This document shows, in pieces, positions 1 to 10,688 of a stretch of 24,473 bases of DNA. Made by a program: the position numbers and the translations under genes. The stretch's first letter is position 1. Each line of letters opens with the position of its first letter. This DNA is from a virus. The notes beneath the pieces were generated by a model that saw nothing but the letters and a program-made list of their open reading frames with translations, did no database searches and had not been told where the DNA came from. The stretch lies in the UHGV virus genome UHGV-0454263, one strand, 5' to 3'.

Positions 1-158
1 TAATGCTGCGGACGATACAGAACATCACCTGCTCGCTGCATTGCTGTATCACCGGGACGGAATTTTTTAGCGTTACGGGAAACTACGCAGGCGGCCTCAA
101 AGCCTTCAACGTAGTTTTCGAACATGATTTCAAGGTCTTTTGCTAATTGGTTAGCCAT
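1..158 (-). CDS. Major capsid (coat) protein, 5' portion only; gene continues beyond window start
   Basis: Minus-strand ATG at 158..156 preceded by GGAG; open frame to window edge (MANQLAKDLEIMFENYVEGF...). Called by synteny directly downstream of scaffold in a P22-like head module; N-terminus does not resemble P22 coat as I recall it. Confidence 0.5.
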   Translation of the reverse strand, partial: MANQLAKDLEIMFENYVEGFEAACVVSRNAKKFRPGDTAMQRAGDVLYRPQH

Positions 159-176
159 GCTTAATGCTCCGATAGG

Positions 177-1070
177 TTATTTTTTTGCCTTTTTAGCGGC
201 GAAATACGGCGTCCAGTCACCAGTTTCCAGCGCCTTGGCTTTCAGTTTGTCGAGGTTATTGATTACTGCGCCGTTGCTCCCCTTAACTGTCGGGGTTGTG
301 GCTGCCGTGGTTTTTGCTTTTGGCATGATTCTGGCCTTAGATTCGATACGTTCCAGCAGACGACCAATTGCTACGGGGTTGGTAGCTTCTGCCAGTTGCT
401 TGCGCAGTTCAGCGTTGCGGCCGAGCGCCAGAACAACGATTTCCGGCTTCTCTGACTCAAACAGGATCGCGTTTTGTGTCTCGATGGGGATTTCCTCGAG
501 TACGGCCTGTTCTGCTTCCTGATAGCCAGGAACCTTGAGAGCCTTAACACGTTGCTGATATTTGGATAATCGCTCTTGATAGGCAGCCTGAAGCTCCTGC
601 TCCTTCTGCTTGCGATCCATCTCCTGTTGCTGGTACTTGCCGTTATCCTCTGCCCACTTAGCCATGCGTTGCTGATAGATTTCTTCATCGAAACCGATGT
701 CATCATCATCCAGTTTTGGCATTCGCGGTGGTTGAGTGATTACCGACTGCTGCTCGACGGGTTTCTGAGACTGACGCATCAGCTCTTTCAGCTCGCGGTC
801 TTTCTCTTTAATCGTCTTGCGCAGGTGTTTTACCAGTCCATGCTCTGCGCCATCTTCGCTGGTTGGCGAATCCAGCTTTTCGTCACCAAAGTAGAATTCC
901 TGTTCTGATTCGTCGTCATCAGTTTCAGTAGCTTCCTCTGCATCATTTCCGGAGGGCTTACTGCCATCTTCTGTTTCGACTTCTTCAGCCAGTTCGACAT
1001 CATCAGGAATCTGCTCTGATGTATCGGTTTCTATTTCAACTTCTGGTGTGTTTTCTGCCATCTGGTCCAT
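177..1070 (-). CDS. Scaffolding protein (P22 gp8-like)
   Basis: 297-aa ORF, strongly acidic N-terminus, coiled-coil-like middle, basic C-terminus; position between portal and coat as in P22-like phages. Confidence 0.6.
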   Translation of the reverse strand: MDQMAENTPEVEIETDTSEQIPDDVELAEEVETEDGSKPSGNDAEEATETDDDESEQEFYFGDEKLDSPTSEDGAEHGLVKHLRKTIKEKDRELKELMRQSQKPVEQQSVITQPPRMPKLDDDDIGFDEEIYQQRMAKWAEDNGKYQQQEMDRKQKEQELQAAYQERLSKYQQRVKALKVPGYQEAEQAVLEEIPIETQNAILFESEKPEIVVLALGRNAELRKQLAEATNPVAIGRLLERIESKARIMPKAKTTAATTPTVKGSNGAVINNLDKLKAKALETGDWTPYFAAKKAKK

Positions 1071-1160
1071 TTGTTACCCCTGTTTACTCGATGTTCAGCC
1101 CATCGGAAGGCAATAGGGTGCCAGGCCTCATAAAGACAGCCATTGCACGTTATTGGTTAA

Positions 1161-3377
1161 TTACTGCTGTGATTGTTGCTGGGTTGATTTTTGCAGGATG
1201 CTGCTGATGTCCATTCGTTGTGCATGGCCCTGTGCCTGACTTTTCAGGACAAGCTCTGCATCAGCACGGGCGTTATCTCCTTGCTGTTGCTGGAACTGTC
1301 CGAGCAGTTTCAGAGCCTCGCGGATATCAGATTTCTGCTGGCTATCGGCAGATGCGAGGATTTTCACAACATTTGCCGCAGCAACCTGAGCATCCGTCTG
1401 TGCCTGGAATGCTTTAACCTGAATAGCTGCCTGTTCGTTCTGCGCTTTCTGCAATTCAGCCTGACCAGCAAGAAGTTGACCTTGCGCTGCAACCATAGCC
1501 GGATCTGGCTGACTGGCCTGTTGTTGTTTCGCCTGTTCAACCATCTGCTGTTCTTCAGGCGTTCTCGGCTTGATAACGCCAGACAGAAGCAACTGATTGC
1601 GGTTGTATTCTTTAAGGTCGTCCATCCCTTCGCCGTCCATATTGTCGAGAATCATCGACGATACAAGGTCGTGCTTCTGCGTTCCTGGTGGGATAAGTGC
1701 CAGCATGGAAAGTAACGACTTAACCGTTGCATCACGACGAGTAGCGAACGACTGACCGACATCGACAGTCACTTCATAGTTGCCCTGCGAAAGGTCATTA
1801 AGCGCGATAACCTGCCCTGTCTGACGGTCAACCACTTCACCAGTCATCAGCGCCACGTCATCGCTGCCGTCCTCATTAACGATACGCATCGGCGTATCAC
1901 TGCCATAGACCTCACGCGCCATAGAAAGCCACACAACGCCAGCGCGACGCATGGATTTAGCCATGTTGTCCATGTAGATATAGGACTGCGTGTCCATCCG
2001 GTTAAAGATGCTATCAACGGTATCGGTGGCGACGTTGCTCGGCATGTTCTCAAGCTGCGACGCACCTGTAATTTGCTGAATAGCAGTTCCGGTGTACTGC
2101 AATAGCCCGGCAAGAGCAGGAGGCATTTGTGTTGTAGGTGTATAACTGCTGACCTGAGCCTGCGCAGTAATATCTCCGTTTTTGTTTTTCAGACTGACCA
2201 TCGGCAGGAACGCCGGGCGCTTTTTGTTGCGCTCCGCCCAATGAGTGGCGAGAGGACCAGGAATCATGTCAACATCAACTACAGGAATACCATCACCGCC
2301 AGCCTGAGTGGCGTTATCTGCAATCATGGAAACCATCAGGTTCTCAAGACGCTGTGCATCCATCGCTTTTGCTGCGTGGCCTTCGATTCGCTCCTGATTA
2401 TCAACAAATGAACGACGCCCATATACCGGGATGAGAGGAATATGTTCGCCCGGAATACGCTTCGGTTCTTCCAGCCATTCAGCGCCAGACAGAAGACCGC
2501 AATAAACTCGGCGTTTCTTCACTGTCCGCTCACCAATCAGTTCGAATGCGCCATCGGTCAGCTCGTCGACAATATCTTTGATTTGATCTTCATCATAGAT
2601 TGCCGTTTCTCCGCTAACAGGGTTACGCCATGCTGTGAGCTTCACCTTCTCTACGCGAACTTCGTAGTAGCGTCCAACATAGATGGCGTCAGGCGTTGAC
2701 CAGTCATACTGAGTACCAGTGTCATCACGAGAAAGGCTTGCCGCGATGGAATCAGGGTATTCAGCCTCGAACGCTTTAGGCGTCATGGAGAACATTTCCA
2801 TAGCCCACATAGCATCAGAGCGGTCATATTGCTTGCTGTCCTGATCGAAGAAAACGCATGTCGCTGGGTCGTAAACAGGAAGAAGGCTGATGCGTCGCTG
2901 CTCGTTACTTGGGTCCATTTCATCTTCGTAATCGGCACACATGCGGAAACAACCGAATCCGCCCGTTACAGCATCATCAAATGCGTTATCACACGCTTCG
3001 CCACCGGATGTTTCCTGATAGTCAGCGCGGAATTTGCCGTTCATCTTTTCGGCTAACGCTTCCGATGCCTTGTCATCCTTCGGCCTGAATTTAACGCTGA
3101 TGCGATTCTGTCGATACTCGCCAATGATGCGATCACATTCACGGGCAATCTTATTCAGTTCAAAGCGCGGGTAATGCTCAAACCTGCCTTCATCAAATGA
3201 GTAACCAGCGTTTGTGCTGCCTTCCCACTGTGCGCCGGACACCCGGACGAAACGTTGAGCCTCAATAATCTGCTCTCGCATATCCTGCGTTGCTGACCAG
3301 GCATTATCAAAGTTGCACAGCACCTTGCGATGCCAGTCAGTCATCTTTCTATCATCAGCCATCATCCAACTCCGCAA
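1161..3377 (-). CDS. Portal protein (P22 gp1-like)
   Basis: 738-aa ORF immediately downstream of large terminase with 16-nt overlap; size and Q-rich C-terminal tail typical of P22-like portals. Confidence 0.85.
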   Translation of the reverse strand: MRSWMMADDRKMTDWHRKVLCNFDNAWSATQDMREQIIEAQRFVRVSGAQWEGSTNAGYSFDEGRFEHYPRFELNKIARECDRIIGEYRQNRISVKFRPKDDKASEALAEKMNGKFRADYQETSGGEACDNAFDDAVTGGFGCFRMCADYEDEMDPSNEQRRISLLPVYDPATCVFFDQDSKQYDRSDAMWAMEMFSMTPKAFEAEYPDSIAASLSRDDTGTQYDWSTPDAIYVGRYYEVRVEKVKLTAWRNPVSGETAIYDEDQIKDIVDELTDGAFELIGERTVKKRRVYCGLLSGAEWLEEPKRIPGEHIPLIPVYGRRSFVDNQERIEGHAAKAMDAQRLENLMVSMIADNATQAGGDGIPVVDVDMIPGPLATHWAERNKKRPAFLPMVSLKNKNGDITAQAQVSSYTPTTQMPPALAGLLQYTGTAIQQITGASQLENMPSNVATDTVDSIFNRMDTQSYIYMDNMAKSMRRAGVVWLSMAREVYGSDTPMRIVNEDGSDDVALMTGEVVDRQTGQVIALNDLSQGNYEVTVDVGQSFATRRDATVKSLLSMLALIPPGTQKHDLVSSMILDNMDGEGMDDLKEYNRNQLLLSGVIKPRTPEEQQMVEQAKQQQASQPDPAMVAAQGQLLAGQAELQKAQNEQAAIQVKAFQAQTDAQVAAANVVKILASADSQQKSDIREALKLLGQFQQQQGDNARADAELVLKSQAQGHAQRMDISSILQKSTQQQSQQ

Positions 3378-4858
3378 GGTATGTTGTAGCTTGAGTAATC
3401 AATCTCTTTAGGATCTTTGATGTCTCGCATCTGTATTGCAAAACGCCTCATCATGTAGCCATAGCGAACAGCAGAAAGGATGTCGTCATTTAGCTTGACG
3501 ATCTTCCCGTTCTCATCGCGGTGATACAGGCGAAACTCTTCAAAGAATGGCTCGCAGGTGTTAAATACCTTGAAACGACCGTCGAGCATCATGTCGCGTA
3601 TCTCTGCTATCCCGGGTTCGACCGCATTACCTCCATCAGGCCATGTTGCATGATCTGGCAACATGTCGAACCCAGCGTCGGCGTATTGTTCCTTGAGCTG
3701 AGCGCCGCCTCCCTTTTCGTGCTGATGCCCGTCATGAGGCCAAGCCGTAGGGGTGTTTTTGCTCCATGCTTTAACAGCACTCCATGCCTCTGTCGCCTTC
3801 TTCTGTTTGGCCTTCCAGACGCGAGAAAGATAAATCACGTCCTCGTCTTTATCCCACCAAAGCTGGATATGTGCCTGTGGGTGATCCCATCCGAAGTCCA
3901 TTGCATTGATGACGTAGAAGTGATCAGGACACTCGAACGGCTGACACTTAATCGTCTCTTCCGGTATCTGGAAGATTCGACCGCTACCCATCGTAGGAAT
4001 ACCGCGAGCACGCGCCTCTCTCTCATGCTCAGGATAAGATGCGATGATTTGCTCTTTCTGCTCGTCGGTGTAGTGCTCAGCGTCATAGATGGTCATGTTG
4101 ACCACTTTCTGCGACTTGCTGGGATTCTTCAGGAACTTGGTAACAACGTCAGACATCCCCATCAGCGGGGTAAACGTCAGAATTGAGAATTGCCCGTATT
4201 TGTTGGTACGGGTAAGCCCTTCGCCATAAATGCTGTATGGTGGCTCTTCGTCAAACCACACGCCGTGGATTGTGTCACCCTGCCAGCGAGCGCGTCCTTG
4301 CGAGTATGGTTTGAAGTAGCAGATTGAAATGCCATCTTCAACGCCATCAGCCGTGTGATGCTTAACCAGAAGATGATCAACAAGGTTCGGAAAGAAAGGA
4401 GACTTCTTCCAGCTAATGATGTCTTCTTTCGGTATGGAACCGTAGCCTGGCTCGTCATTCTCTTCAATACGACCGCACAGGATGCGTTGAGTCGTTTTGG
4501 TTACAGTCTCGTTTGTCTCGCCGCCAATCCAGAAGACAACAGGCTCATAGAAACGCTTACCTTTCCACTCACCGCCATATTTACCATCAGCAGGATAGCC
4601 TTTTGTGCCCGGATAACGCCCGGTAAGGTGAAACGCGACTTCAGCAGCACCAGTAAATGACTTACCAAGCTGGTTACCAGCCATAAAACAGCGCTCTGGA
4701 TAGTCATGCCCGGCGTCGATGAACTCACGCTGTTTGCTGTATGGCGTAAATTCATATAGCAGGTGTGTGTTCCGGTAGTTCTCTTCTTCTTCGAGTAGCT
4801 CGAGCAACTCGATTTGCTCTTCGTCGCTCAGGTTATCAAGAATCGCGTCCAGTTCCAC
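3362..4858 (-). CDS. Terminase large subunit (P22 gp2-like)
   Basis: 498-aa ORF; size and position between small terminase and portal; overlaps the small terminase stop. Confidence 0.85.
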   Translation of the reverse strand: MELDAILDNLSDEEQIELLELLEEEENYRNTHLLYEFTPYSKQREFIDAGHDYPERCFMAGNQLGKSFTGAAEVAFHLTGRYPGTKGYPADGKYGGEWKGKRFYEPVVFWIGGETNETVTKTTQRILCGRIEENDEPGYGSIPKEDIISWKKSPFFPNLVDHLLVKHHTADGVEDGISICYFKPYSQGRARWQGDTIHGVWFDEEPPYSIYGEGLTRTNKYGQFSILTFTPLMGMSDVVTKFLKNPSKSQKVVNMTIYDAEHYTDEQKEQIIASYPEHEREARARGIPTMGSGRIFQIPEETIKCQPFECPDHFYVINAMDFGWDHPQAHIQLWWDKDEDVIYLSRVWKAKQKKATEAWSAVKAWSKNTPTAWPHDGHQHEKGGGAQLKEQYADAGFDMLPDHATWPDGGNAVEPGIAEIRDMMLDGRFKVFNTCEPFFEEFRLYHRDENGKIVKLNDDILSAVRYGYMMRRFAIQMRDIKDPKEIDYSSYNIPCGVG

Positions 4859-5330
4859 GGTTGAATAGCTCCTTGATACGAGAGCGTCGCTTATCGCGAT
4901 CTCCCTTATCAGGTGTCACGTCTTCAACTTGCGACTGCTCTTTGAGGCCCAAATCACGGGCGATGATGTTAGCGTTGAGAAGGTCAGCGGCTGCGCCAGA
5001 GAATTTCTGGTCGTAGATGATGTCTTCCGCTCGTGATGTGACGTCAGAAAAACCTTCCATTGACCGGAAGGTTCCCCATGTTTGCCTGGTGATATCAAGG
5101 AAGGTACACAATCCTGAAATAGTCATGGCTCGCATCTTAGGAAGATTAGCCTTAATTATTTCTCCCTGATATGAAAATACCTTACCCTCCCATAGCGGGT
5201 TATCATCAGCCCACTCGAAGTATTCACAACAAGCAGCCCACAGCGCCTCAGGCGATTCGAATTTAGGGTTTCGCCCATGACTACTGCGGGCCTCCCAGAA
5301 TCGGTTGCCCTTTGGTGCTGCCATATTCAT
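4836..5330 (-). CDS. Terminase small subunit (P22 gp3-like)
   Basis: 164-aa ORF ([31 protein letters not shown]...) immediately upstream of large terminase; start may be Met3. Confidence 0.7.
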   Translation of the reverse strand: MNMAAPKGNRFWEARSSHGRNPKFESPEALWAACCEYFEWADDNPLWEGKVFSYQGEIIKANLPKMRAMTISGLCTFLDITRQTWGTFRSMEGFSDVTSRAEDIIYDQKFSGAAADLLNANIIARDLGLKEQSQVEDVTPDKGDRDKRRSRIKELFNRGTGRDS

Positions 5331-5359
5331 CTCACTTAATCGTTATTTCAGGTTGAGCA

Positions 5360-5602
5360 TCATGCTCCGGTGGTGAACAGGTCTAACGCTTCCTTCGATT
5401 TACGCACCGCTTCGATAGTGCGGGTCGTGATATCTGAATTAGCGCCACCTGACTGGAAGTGAATTTTGAATAGCTCAAGCTTCAGCTCGTCAGTGCCAAT
5501 GAACTGAAATGCTTCTTCTGCGGCTGCGTTCTGGTTCATGACCAGCTTGTAAATCTCTAACTGGAATTTCTGTTCTTCAGTCATGGGAATAATCTCTGCC
5601 AT
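5360..5602 (-). CDS. Hypothetical small protein upstream of terminase
   Basis: 80-aa ORF in the late orientation; no motif recognised. Confidence 0.45.
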   Translation of the reverse strand: MAEIIPMTEEQKFQLEIYKLVMNQNAAAEEAFQFIGTDELKLELFKIHFQSGGANSDITTRTIEAVRKSKEALDLFTTGA

Positions 5603-5954
5603 TGTTGGCTCCGTTTATCCGTTAAAAGGGATATCAGTTAAGTTATCCCGTGTAGGGTATAAGTCATTGTCGAGACCACTCATTGAATGGTCTCTGCAAT
5701 AACCGATGTCTTTCCATCAGTCCGCCACCACAAAGAATCTTTTTTGCCATAAGGCAGGAGGTTCATCTTTCAGTGGCTGCCAGTGTTATTTCCCCACTTT
5801 CTGGCTTGGGTTGTTTCGCTGTATTGCCGCAACTGGTGGTGCACAGATTTAGTTAAATCTGTTCTCGCCTGAACTATCTTTTACATACCCGGATTGTGGG
5901 GATGTAAATCACGGTTTCATTATCAAGCCCACCCGTAGATGGGCTTTGGAATGG

Positions 5955-6212
5955 CTACTTCGCTTTTGCTTCCGCTCGCTTACGCCGGCGCTCTTCTTTC
6001 CTCTCGGCTTTTGCCATGTCCATGAATGCCTGCATGATCGAGTTCCGCATCATGTAGCTAACAAAGTGATGATTGACACAGCCGTTGAGGCGCAGCTGCT
6101 CGCCAAACTCATCCACCGAGGCCAATGCTTCCATCATGCCCTTCTCGCCTTTCATGAACTCTGAGAAGTCGCGCCCCGCTCTGGAGGCGCATTCAATAAC
6201 ACGATCACTCAT
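5955..6212 (-). CDS. Hypothetical protein with highly basic C-terminal tail, translationally coupled to the KilA-N gene
   Basis: 85-aa ORF; its ATG overlaps the stop of the upstream gene (ATGA at 6212..6209); C-terminus KAERKEERRRKRAEAKAK. Confidence 0.5.
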   Translation of the reverse strand: MSDRVIECASRAGRDFSEFMKGEKGMMEALASVDEFGEQLRLNGCVNHHFVSYMMRNSIMQAFMDMAKAERKEERRRKRAEAKAK

Positions 6213-6706
6213 CCCGGAAGCCCGGGGATCGTAATCTGCAGCTGGTTAGCCAGGGAGTTAATCTCAGCGACCAACACTGGCTTCGTATAGCGCCATGCTG
6301 CCAGCCCTTGTCCGCAGAAGCTCGCCATGTCTTTCTTCTGGTCAAACTCATGACATTTCATGTTGAGCTGCGCACTTAAGCTGTTGCGATGCTGAAGTTC
6401 TCCGGTGAAGTAGTCATCGAGGACTTTATAGGCCGCGTACTTGAACCCGGGGTTTAACCAAGCCGCATAATCGTAAGCAACAAACTTCCCGCCATATGTT
6501 CCACCGTGTACACCGCGCTCAGTAAAAACCACAGATTCGTGGTTTTTCTCCAGCTCGGCTAAGAACTCTTTGGTCTGCTTGTTTCGCAGGTAGTGGTAAG
6601 GCGATTCAGATTCACTTTTACCACTGGCTTTCCACATATCAGTGAGGCAGATCATGCCATCTTCACCGATACGAATTGGTTGATTGAAGAGGGTTAATGA
6701 TTTCAT
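6209..6706 (-). CDS. KilA-N domain protein
   Basis: 165-aa ORF; N-terminal region (IRIGEDGMICLTDMWKASGKSESESPYHYLRNKQTKEFLAEL) resembles KilA-N DNA-binding domains of phage antirepressor-type proteins. Confidence 0.55.
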   Translation of the reverse strand: MKSLTLFNQPIRIGEDGMICLTDMWKASGKSESESPYHYLRNKQTKEFLAELEKNHESVVFTERGVHGGTYGGKFVAYDYAAWLNPGFKYAAYKVLDDYFTGELQHRNSLSAQLNMKCHEFDQKKDMASFCGQGLAAWRYTKPVLVAEINSLANQLQITIPGLPG

Positions 6707-6821
6707 AGCGTGTACCTACTCTTTGAAATGAACCTTTGCCGCACAGGAAACCAGCCCACCGAGGCTCGCCAGCACTACCTGGTATCCTCAAAGGCCCATT
6801 CCAAAGGGGCAGGTTCGGTGT

Positions 6822-6880
6822 AAAAAACATGCGTTGCGGTACGCATTTATTGCAAAAAGCCCCGCATCGCGAGGCTCATT
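6822..6880 (-). terminator. Two tandem intrinsic-terminator-like hairpins downstream of Rz
   Basis: Minus-strand RNA: GCCUCGC-GAU-GCGGGGC followed by UUUUUGC, then UGCGU-accgca-ACGCA followed by UGUUUUUUA. Confidence 0.45.
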
Positions 6881-6907
6881 AAATTGACTTTGTGATTTGC
6901 AAAAAAA

Positions 6908-7345
6908 TTATTTCAGGCATTGCGTCCTGATGTATTCCTGCAGGTAGTTAACCTGCGCGGTTATCCTGTCGATTCCACTTCTGAGACGGTAATAATTGAG
7001 TTCAGCATCTGCTGTAAGTCTTGGGCTTTCTCCATCGCCCATGCTGCTGGCTCCGGTCGTTGACTTTGCACAGGTGGCGGCGACTTGCAGGCGCTTACGA
7101 CCAGCAGAAACATCAGCACGGAGACTTTCGATAGTCGCGTTAGCATCAGCAAGCTCCTTTGTGTATCTGGCGTCAAGTTCTGCTACATCACGTTGACGCT
7201 TCTGCATGTCAGCAATTGTGGATGCGGCCTTATCGCGCTGCTCTTTGTAGGCGATTGCGTTATCACGGTAATGATTAACAGCCCATGACAGGCAGACGAT
7301 GATGCAGATAACCAGAGCGGAGATAATCGCGGTTACTCTGCTCAT
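6908..7345 (-). CDS. Rz: Rz i-spanin
   Basis: 145-aa ORF with N-terminal transmembrane segment and coiled-coil periplasmic part; start overlaps R stop (ATGA); Rz1 embedded in +1 frame. Confidence 0.9.
   Translation of the reverse strand: MSRVTAIISALVICIIVCLSWAVNHYRDNAIAYKEQRDKAASTIADMQKRQRDVAELDARYTKELADANATIESLRADVSAGRKRLQVAATCAKSTTGASSMGDGESPRLTADAELNYYRLRSGIDRITAQVNYLQEYIRTQCLK
6961..7146 (-). CDS. Rz1: Rz1 o-spanin (lipoprotein) embedded within Rz
   Basis: Embedded ORF with signal peptide and lipobox (LVVSAC) followed by a proline-rich stretch ([16 protein letters not shown]); start assigned to the internal Met giving [20 protein letters not shown]. Confidence 0.7.
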   Translation of the reverse strand: MLTRLSKVSVLMFLLVVSACKSPPPVQSQRPEPAAWAMEKAQDLQQMLNSIITVSEVESTG

Positions 7346-7818
7346 ACCTCAACCTCTCTGACCGTTCCGCCAGCCTCTTTGAATTTTGCAATCAGGCTGT
7401 CAGCCTTATGCTCGAACTGACCATAACCAGCCCCCGGCAGTGAAGCCCAGATATTGCTGCAACGGTCGATAGCCTGACGAATATCACCGCGATCAATCAT
7501 CGGTAAAGCGCCACGCTCTTTAATCTGCTGTAGTGCAACAGCGTCCTGGCTTTTCGGAGAGAAGTCTTTCAGGCCAAGCTGCTTACGATAGGCATCCCAC
7601 CAACGGGAAAGAAGCTGGTAACGCCCGGCGGCTGTTGATTTGAGTTTTGGGTTTAGCGTGACAAGTTTGCGAGGGTGATCAGAGTAATCAGTGAATAGCT
7701 CTCCGCCTACAATGACGTCATAACCATGATTTCTGGTTTTCTGCCGTCCGTTATCAGTTCCCTCCGACCACGCCAGCATATCGAGGAACGCCTTACGTTG
7801 ATTATTGATTTCCACCAT
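7342..7818 (-). CDS. R: Endolysin R, lambda-type lytic transglycosylase
   Basis: 158 aa, [39 protein letters not shown]... essentially identical to lambda R as I recall it. Confidence 0.95.
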   Translation of the reverse strand: MVEINNQRKAFLDMLAWSEGTDNGRQKTRNHGYDVIVGGELFTDYSDHPRKLVTLNPKLKSTAAGRYQLLSRWWDAYRKQLGLKDFSPKSQDAVALQQIKERGALPMIDRGDIRQAIDRCSNIWASLPGAGYGQFEHKADSLIAKFKEAGGTVREVEV

Positions 7819-8125
7819 CTTCTACTCCGGCTTTTTTAGCAGCGAAGCGTTTGATAAGCGAACCAATCGAGTCAGTACCGATGTAGCCGATGAACACGCT
7901 CGTTATATAAGCGAGGTTGCTACTTAGTCCGGCGAAGTCGAGAAGGTCACGAATGAACCAGGCGATAATGGCGCACATCGTTGCGTCGATTACTGTTTTT
8001 GTAAACGCACCGCCATTATATCTGCCGCGAAGGTACGCCATTGCAAACGCAAGGATTGCCCCGATGCCTTGTTCCTTTGCCGCGAGAATGGCGGCTAACA
8101 GGTCATGTTTTTCTGGCATCTTCAT
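7802..8125 (-). CDS. S: Holin S, lambda class I, with dual-start motif
   Basis: 107 aa, [36 protein letters not shown]... near-identical to lambda S; Met1-Lys2-Met3 dual start for antiholin/holin. Confidence 0.95.
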   Translation of the reverse strand: MKMPEKHDLLAAILAAKEQGIGAILAFAMAYLRGRYNGGAFTKTVIDATMCAIIAWFIRDLLDFAGLSSNLAYITSVFIGYIGTDSIGSLIKRFAAKKAGVEDGGNQ

Positions 8126-8521
8126 GTCTTACCCCCCAATAAGGGGATTTGCTCTATTTAATTAGGAATAAGGTCGATTACTGATAGAACAAATCCAGGC
8201 TACTGTGTTTAGTAATCAGATTTGTTCGTGACCGATATGCACGGGCAAAACGGCATGAGGTTGTTAGCGCAACCTCATGCCACCCGCGTTCACGAAGGTC
8301 ATGTGTAGAAGGCCGCAGCGTAACTATCACTGATGAATTCAGGATAGCCAGTGGCTACGGCTCAGTTTAGGTTGTGCTGTTGCTGGGCGGCGATGACGCC
8401 TGTACGCATTTGGTGATCCGGTTCTGCTTCCGGCATTCGCTTAATTCAGCACAACGATAAGAGCACTCGGTGCATTTAAGCCAAGCCCCATAAGGGAGAA
8501 TGCTCTTACCTGTTGCACAGA

Positions 8522-8583
8522 TATAAAAAATCCCGAAACCGTTATGCAGGCTCTAACTATTACCTGCGAACTGTTTCGGGATT
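8522..8583 (-). terminator. tR' intrinsic terminator ending the short pR' leader (6S RNA)
   Basis: Minus-strand AAUCCCGAAACAGUUCGCAGGUAAUAGUUAGAGCCUGCAUAACGGUUUCGGGAUUUUUUAUAU, matching lambda tR'. Confidence 0.75.
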
Positions 8584-8717
8584 GCATTTTGCAGACCTCT
8601 CAGCCTGCGATGGTTGGAGTTCCAGACGATACGTCGAAGTGACCAACTAGGCGGAATCGGTAGTAAGCGCCGCCTCTTTTTATCTCACTACCACAACGAG
8701 CGAATTAACCCATCGTT
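8522..8717 (-). ncRNA. pR' leader transcript (lambda 6S RNA equivalent), roughly 195 nt from pR' start to tR'
   Basis: Interval between the inferred pR' start (about 7 nt downstream of the -10) and the tR' U-tract; equals the known lambda 6S RNA arrangement. Confidence 0.5.
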
Positions 8718-8755
8718 GGGTCAAATTTACCCAACTTTATTCAAAAAGTCAATAT
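8700..8755 (-). promoter_or_regulatory. Late promoter pR' with Q-utilisation (qut) site
   Basis: Minus strand TTGACT (8752..8747), 17-bp spacer, TAAATT (8729..8724); surrounding sequence ...GGGTAAATTTGACCCAACGATGGGTTAATTCG... matches lambda pR'/qut immediately downstream of Q. Confidence 0.75.
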
Positions 8756-8794
8756 CATGCCGTTAATATGTTGCCATCCGTGGCAATCATGCTG

Positions 8795-9418
8795 CTAACG
8801 TGTGACCGCATTCAAGATATTGTCTGCGATTGACTCTTCCTTGTGGCATTGCACCACCAGAGCGTCATACAGCGGCTTAACAGTGCGTGACCAGGTGGGT
8901 TGAGTAAGGTTTGGGATTAGCATCGTTACAGCGCGATATGCGGCGCTTGCTGGCATCCTTGAATAGCCGACACCTTTGCATCTTCCGCACTCTTTCTCAA
9001 CAACTCTCCCCCACTGCTCTGTTTTTGCTATATCAACCGCGCGGCCTGTACCGTGGCAATCTCTGCATCTTGCCCCCGGCGTCGCGGCACTACGGCAATA
9101 ATCCGCATAAGCGAATGTTGCGAGCACTTGCAGTACCTTTGCCTTAGTATTTCCTTCAAGCTTTGCCACACCACGGTATTTCCCCGATACCTTGTGTGCA
9201 AATTGCATCAGATAGTTGATAGCCTTTTGTTTGTCGTTCTGGCTGAGTTCATGCTTACCGCAGAATGCAGCCATTCCGAATCCGGCTTGTGATTGCGCCA
9301 TCCCCATAGCAGCCATCACATCAGTACCGGAAAGAGAGTCAGAAGCCGTAGCCCGTGGTGAGTCGCTCATCATCGGGCTTTTTGGCGAATGAAATTTAGC
9401 TACGCTTTCGAGTCTCAT
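8795..9418 (-). CDS. Q: Late antiterminator Q (lambda-type)
   Basis: 207 aa, [48 protein letters not shown]... with Cys-rich zinc-binding region; near-identical to lambda Q. Confidence 0.95.
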   Translation of the reverse strand: MRLESVAKFHSPKSPMMSDSPRATASDSLSGTDVMAAMGMAQSQAGFGMAAFCGKHELSQNDKQKAINYLMQFAHKVSGKYRGVAKLEGNTKAKVLQVLATFAYADYCRSAATPGARCRDCHGTGRAVDIAKTEQWGRVVEKECGRCKGVGYSRMPASAAYRAVTMLIPNLTQPTWSRTVKPLYDALVVQCHKEESIADNILNAVTR

Positions 9419-10080
9419 GCGCCTTCTCCCTGTACCTGAATCAATGTGAGGTTTCCGCAGAACACTGCGCCGGTATCGATATACATCTGGTTGGCAAACT
9501 TGAGTGGTTTCACTGCTGGCGTATGACCAAAGATGAACGTGTCCGCGCCTTTGATTTCTTTCACGATCCCGTCTTGTGAGTTGCTGATTCGTTCGCGGTT
9601 CCAGATTACCTGCTGATGATCAACTGGCTTTCCAAACTCGTATTCGTCACAAGGATAATCGGCGTGGCAGATGACATATTTTTTATCTTTACTCACCAGT
9701 TCGATGATTAACGGAAGTTCATCTGCTTTATGGGCAAGAGCTTTAGCCAGAATTTCTTTGTCGTAATCGAGATTAAAGAACCAGCCACCGCCATTAAGCA
9801 GCCAGTGATTGACGTTTCCACGCTCTGATAAGCCATCAATCATCATGTGCTCATGGTTTCCACGTACAGCTCTGAACCAGGGGAATGTGATTAATTCCAG
9901 GCATTCAACGTTCTCTGCACCACGATCAACCAAATCGCCAACCGAGATAAGCAGGTCTTTTTTGGTGTCGAATCCAATCGTATCCAGTTTGTTCATCAGG
10001 TTCGTGTAGCATCCGTGCAGGTCGCCAGCTACCCAAATATTTCGGTATTTGCTGCCATCAATTCTTTCGTAGATATTCAT
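9415..10080 (-). CDS. Ser/Thr protein phosphatase (lambda orf221/NinI-type)
   Basis: 221 aa with metallophosphatase motifs GDLHG, GDLVDRG, GNHE; ATGA overlap with Q. Confidence 0.9.
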   Translation of the reverse strand: MNIYERIDGSKYRNIWVAGDLHGCYTNLMNKLDTIGFDTKKDLLISVGDLVDRGAENVECLELITFPWFRAVRGNHEHMMIDGLSERGNVNHWLLNGGGWFFNLDYDKEILAKALAHKADELPLIIELVSKDKKYVICHADYPCDEYEFGKPVDHQQVIWNRERISNSQDGIVKEIKGADTFIFGHTPAVKPLKFANQMYIDTGAVFCGNLTLIQVQGEGA

Positions 10081-10688
10081 GCTGCCTCACTTCTGCTGTT
10101 TCGCAGATTTTTAAGTTTCTGCTGATACTCCGCCTTGATGGCCCTGCACTCTTCGACAGTCCAGCGATGGCGGTTATGGTTTGATTCGATTTCGTCTACT
10201 GCTTCCTGCCCGATCCGGTTAATCAGTTCGACGCGATACGGAACGAGATTTCCGCTTTTATGCTGGTTGCACACCACGCATTGCTTGTGAATATTGCGTT
10301 CATCAAATCGGAGTTGAGGTGCCGCAGCAGTTGTCCGGTAATGCCCGGCATCCCACTGAGCAGACGTGAGCGTTCCGCACGAGATACATGGTAAGTCGCG
10401 GTCTCTTTCTCTGATGAAGGCGTTTACGGCTTGTTGGGCTTGTTTAATCCAGTAACTGCGGGGCTTTAAGGCGAGTTTTCGAATCTTAAGTTTATCTTTC
10501 TGTTTCTGCTCCTCTCGTCGTCGTTTCTTCTCTGCTGCTTTTTCCGCTTTTTCGCGTTCTTTGCTTCGTCGTTCGAGTGCTATCTTTGTTCCACTCTCTG
10601 GAGAGCACCACCACTGATTAGCGAATGCAGGGTGAAACCATTCCCGACATTCTTCGTTTTTACATCGTCTTCGCGCTGGTTTAGCCAT
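10077..10688 (-). CDS. ninG: NinG (Rap) recombination protein
   Basis: 203 aa, [31 protein letters not shown]... Cys-rich N-terminus, matches lambda NinG. Confidence 0.9.
   Translation of the reverse strand: MAKPARRRCKNEECREWFHPAFANQWWCSPESGTKIALERRSKEREKAEKAAEKKRRREEQKQKDKLKIRKLALKPRSYWIKQAQQAVNAFIRERDRDLPCISCGTLTSAQWDAGHYRTTAAAPQLRFDERNIHKQCVVCNQHKSGNLVPYRVELINRIGQEAVDEIESNHNRHRWTVEECRAIKAEYQQKLKNLRNSRSEAA

Noticed and set aside
124-522. 132-aa plus-strand ORF
   Set aside because: Lies antisense to the coat and scaffold genes, has no RBS, and the minus-strand genes have clear module synteny; judged a shadow ORF.
1191-3056. Several plus-strand ORFs (174, 65, 94, 85, 75 aa) inside the portal region
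   Set aside because: All are antisense to a well-supported 738-aa portal gene; typical antisense open frames.
3521-4660. Plus-strand ORFs of 221 and 101 aa inside the terminase gene
   Set aside because: Antisense to the large terminase ORF; no independent support.
4836-5330. P22-type pac site inside the small terminase gene
   Set aside because: Scanned both strands for the P22 pac sequence as I recall it and found no convincing match; packaging site left unassigned.
5603-5954. Possible tRNA or small RNA in the intergenic region upstream of the terminase block
   Set aside because: Searched by eye for cloverleaf-compatible stems and conserved T-loop/D-loop motifs; only a short imperfect hairpin (GAGACCA...TGGTCTC) found. 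Cannot exclude a tRNA without running a tRNA scan.
8126-8794. Possible protein-coding gene between Q and S
   Set aside because: No substantial ORF; the region matches the lambda pR'/6S RNA/tR' leader, so it is called regulatory.
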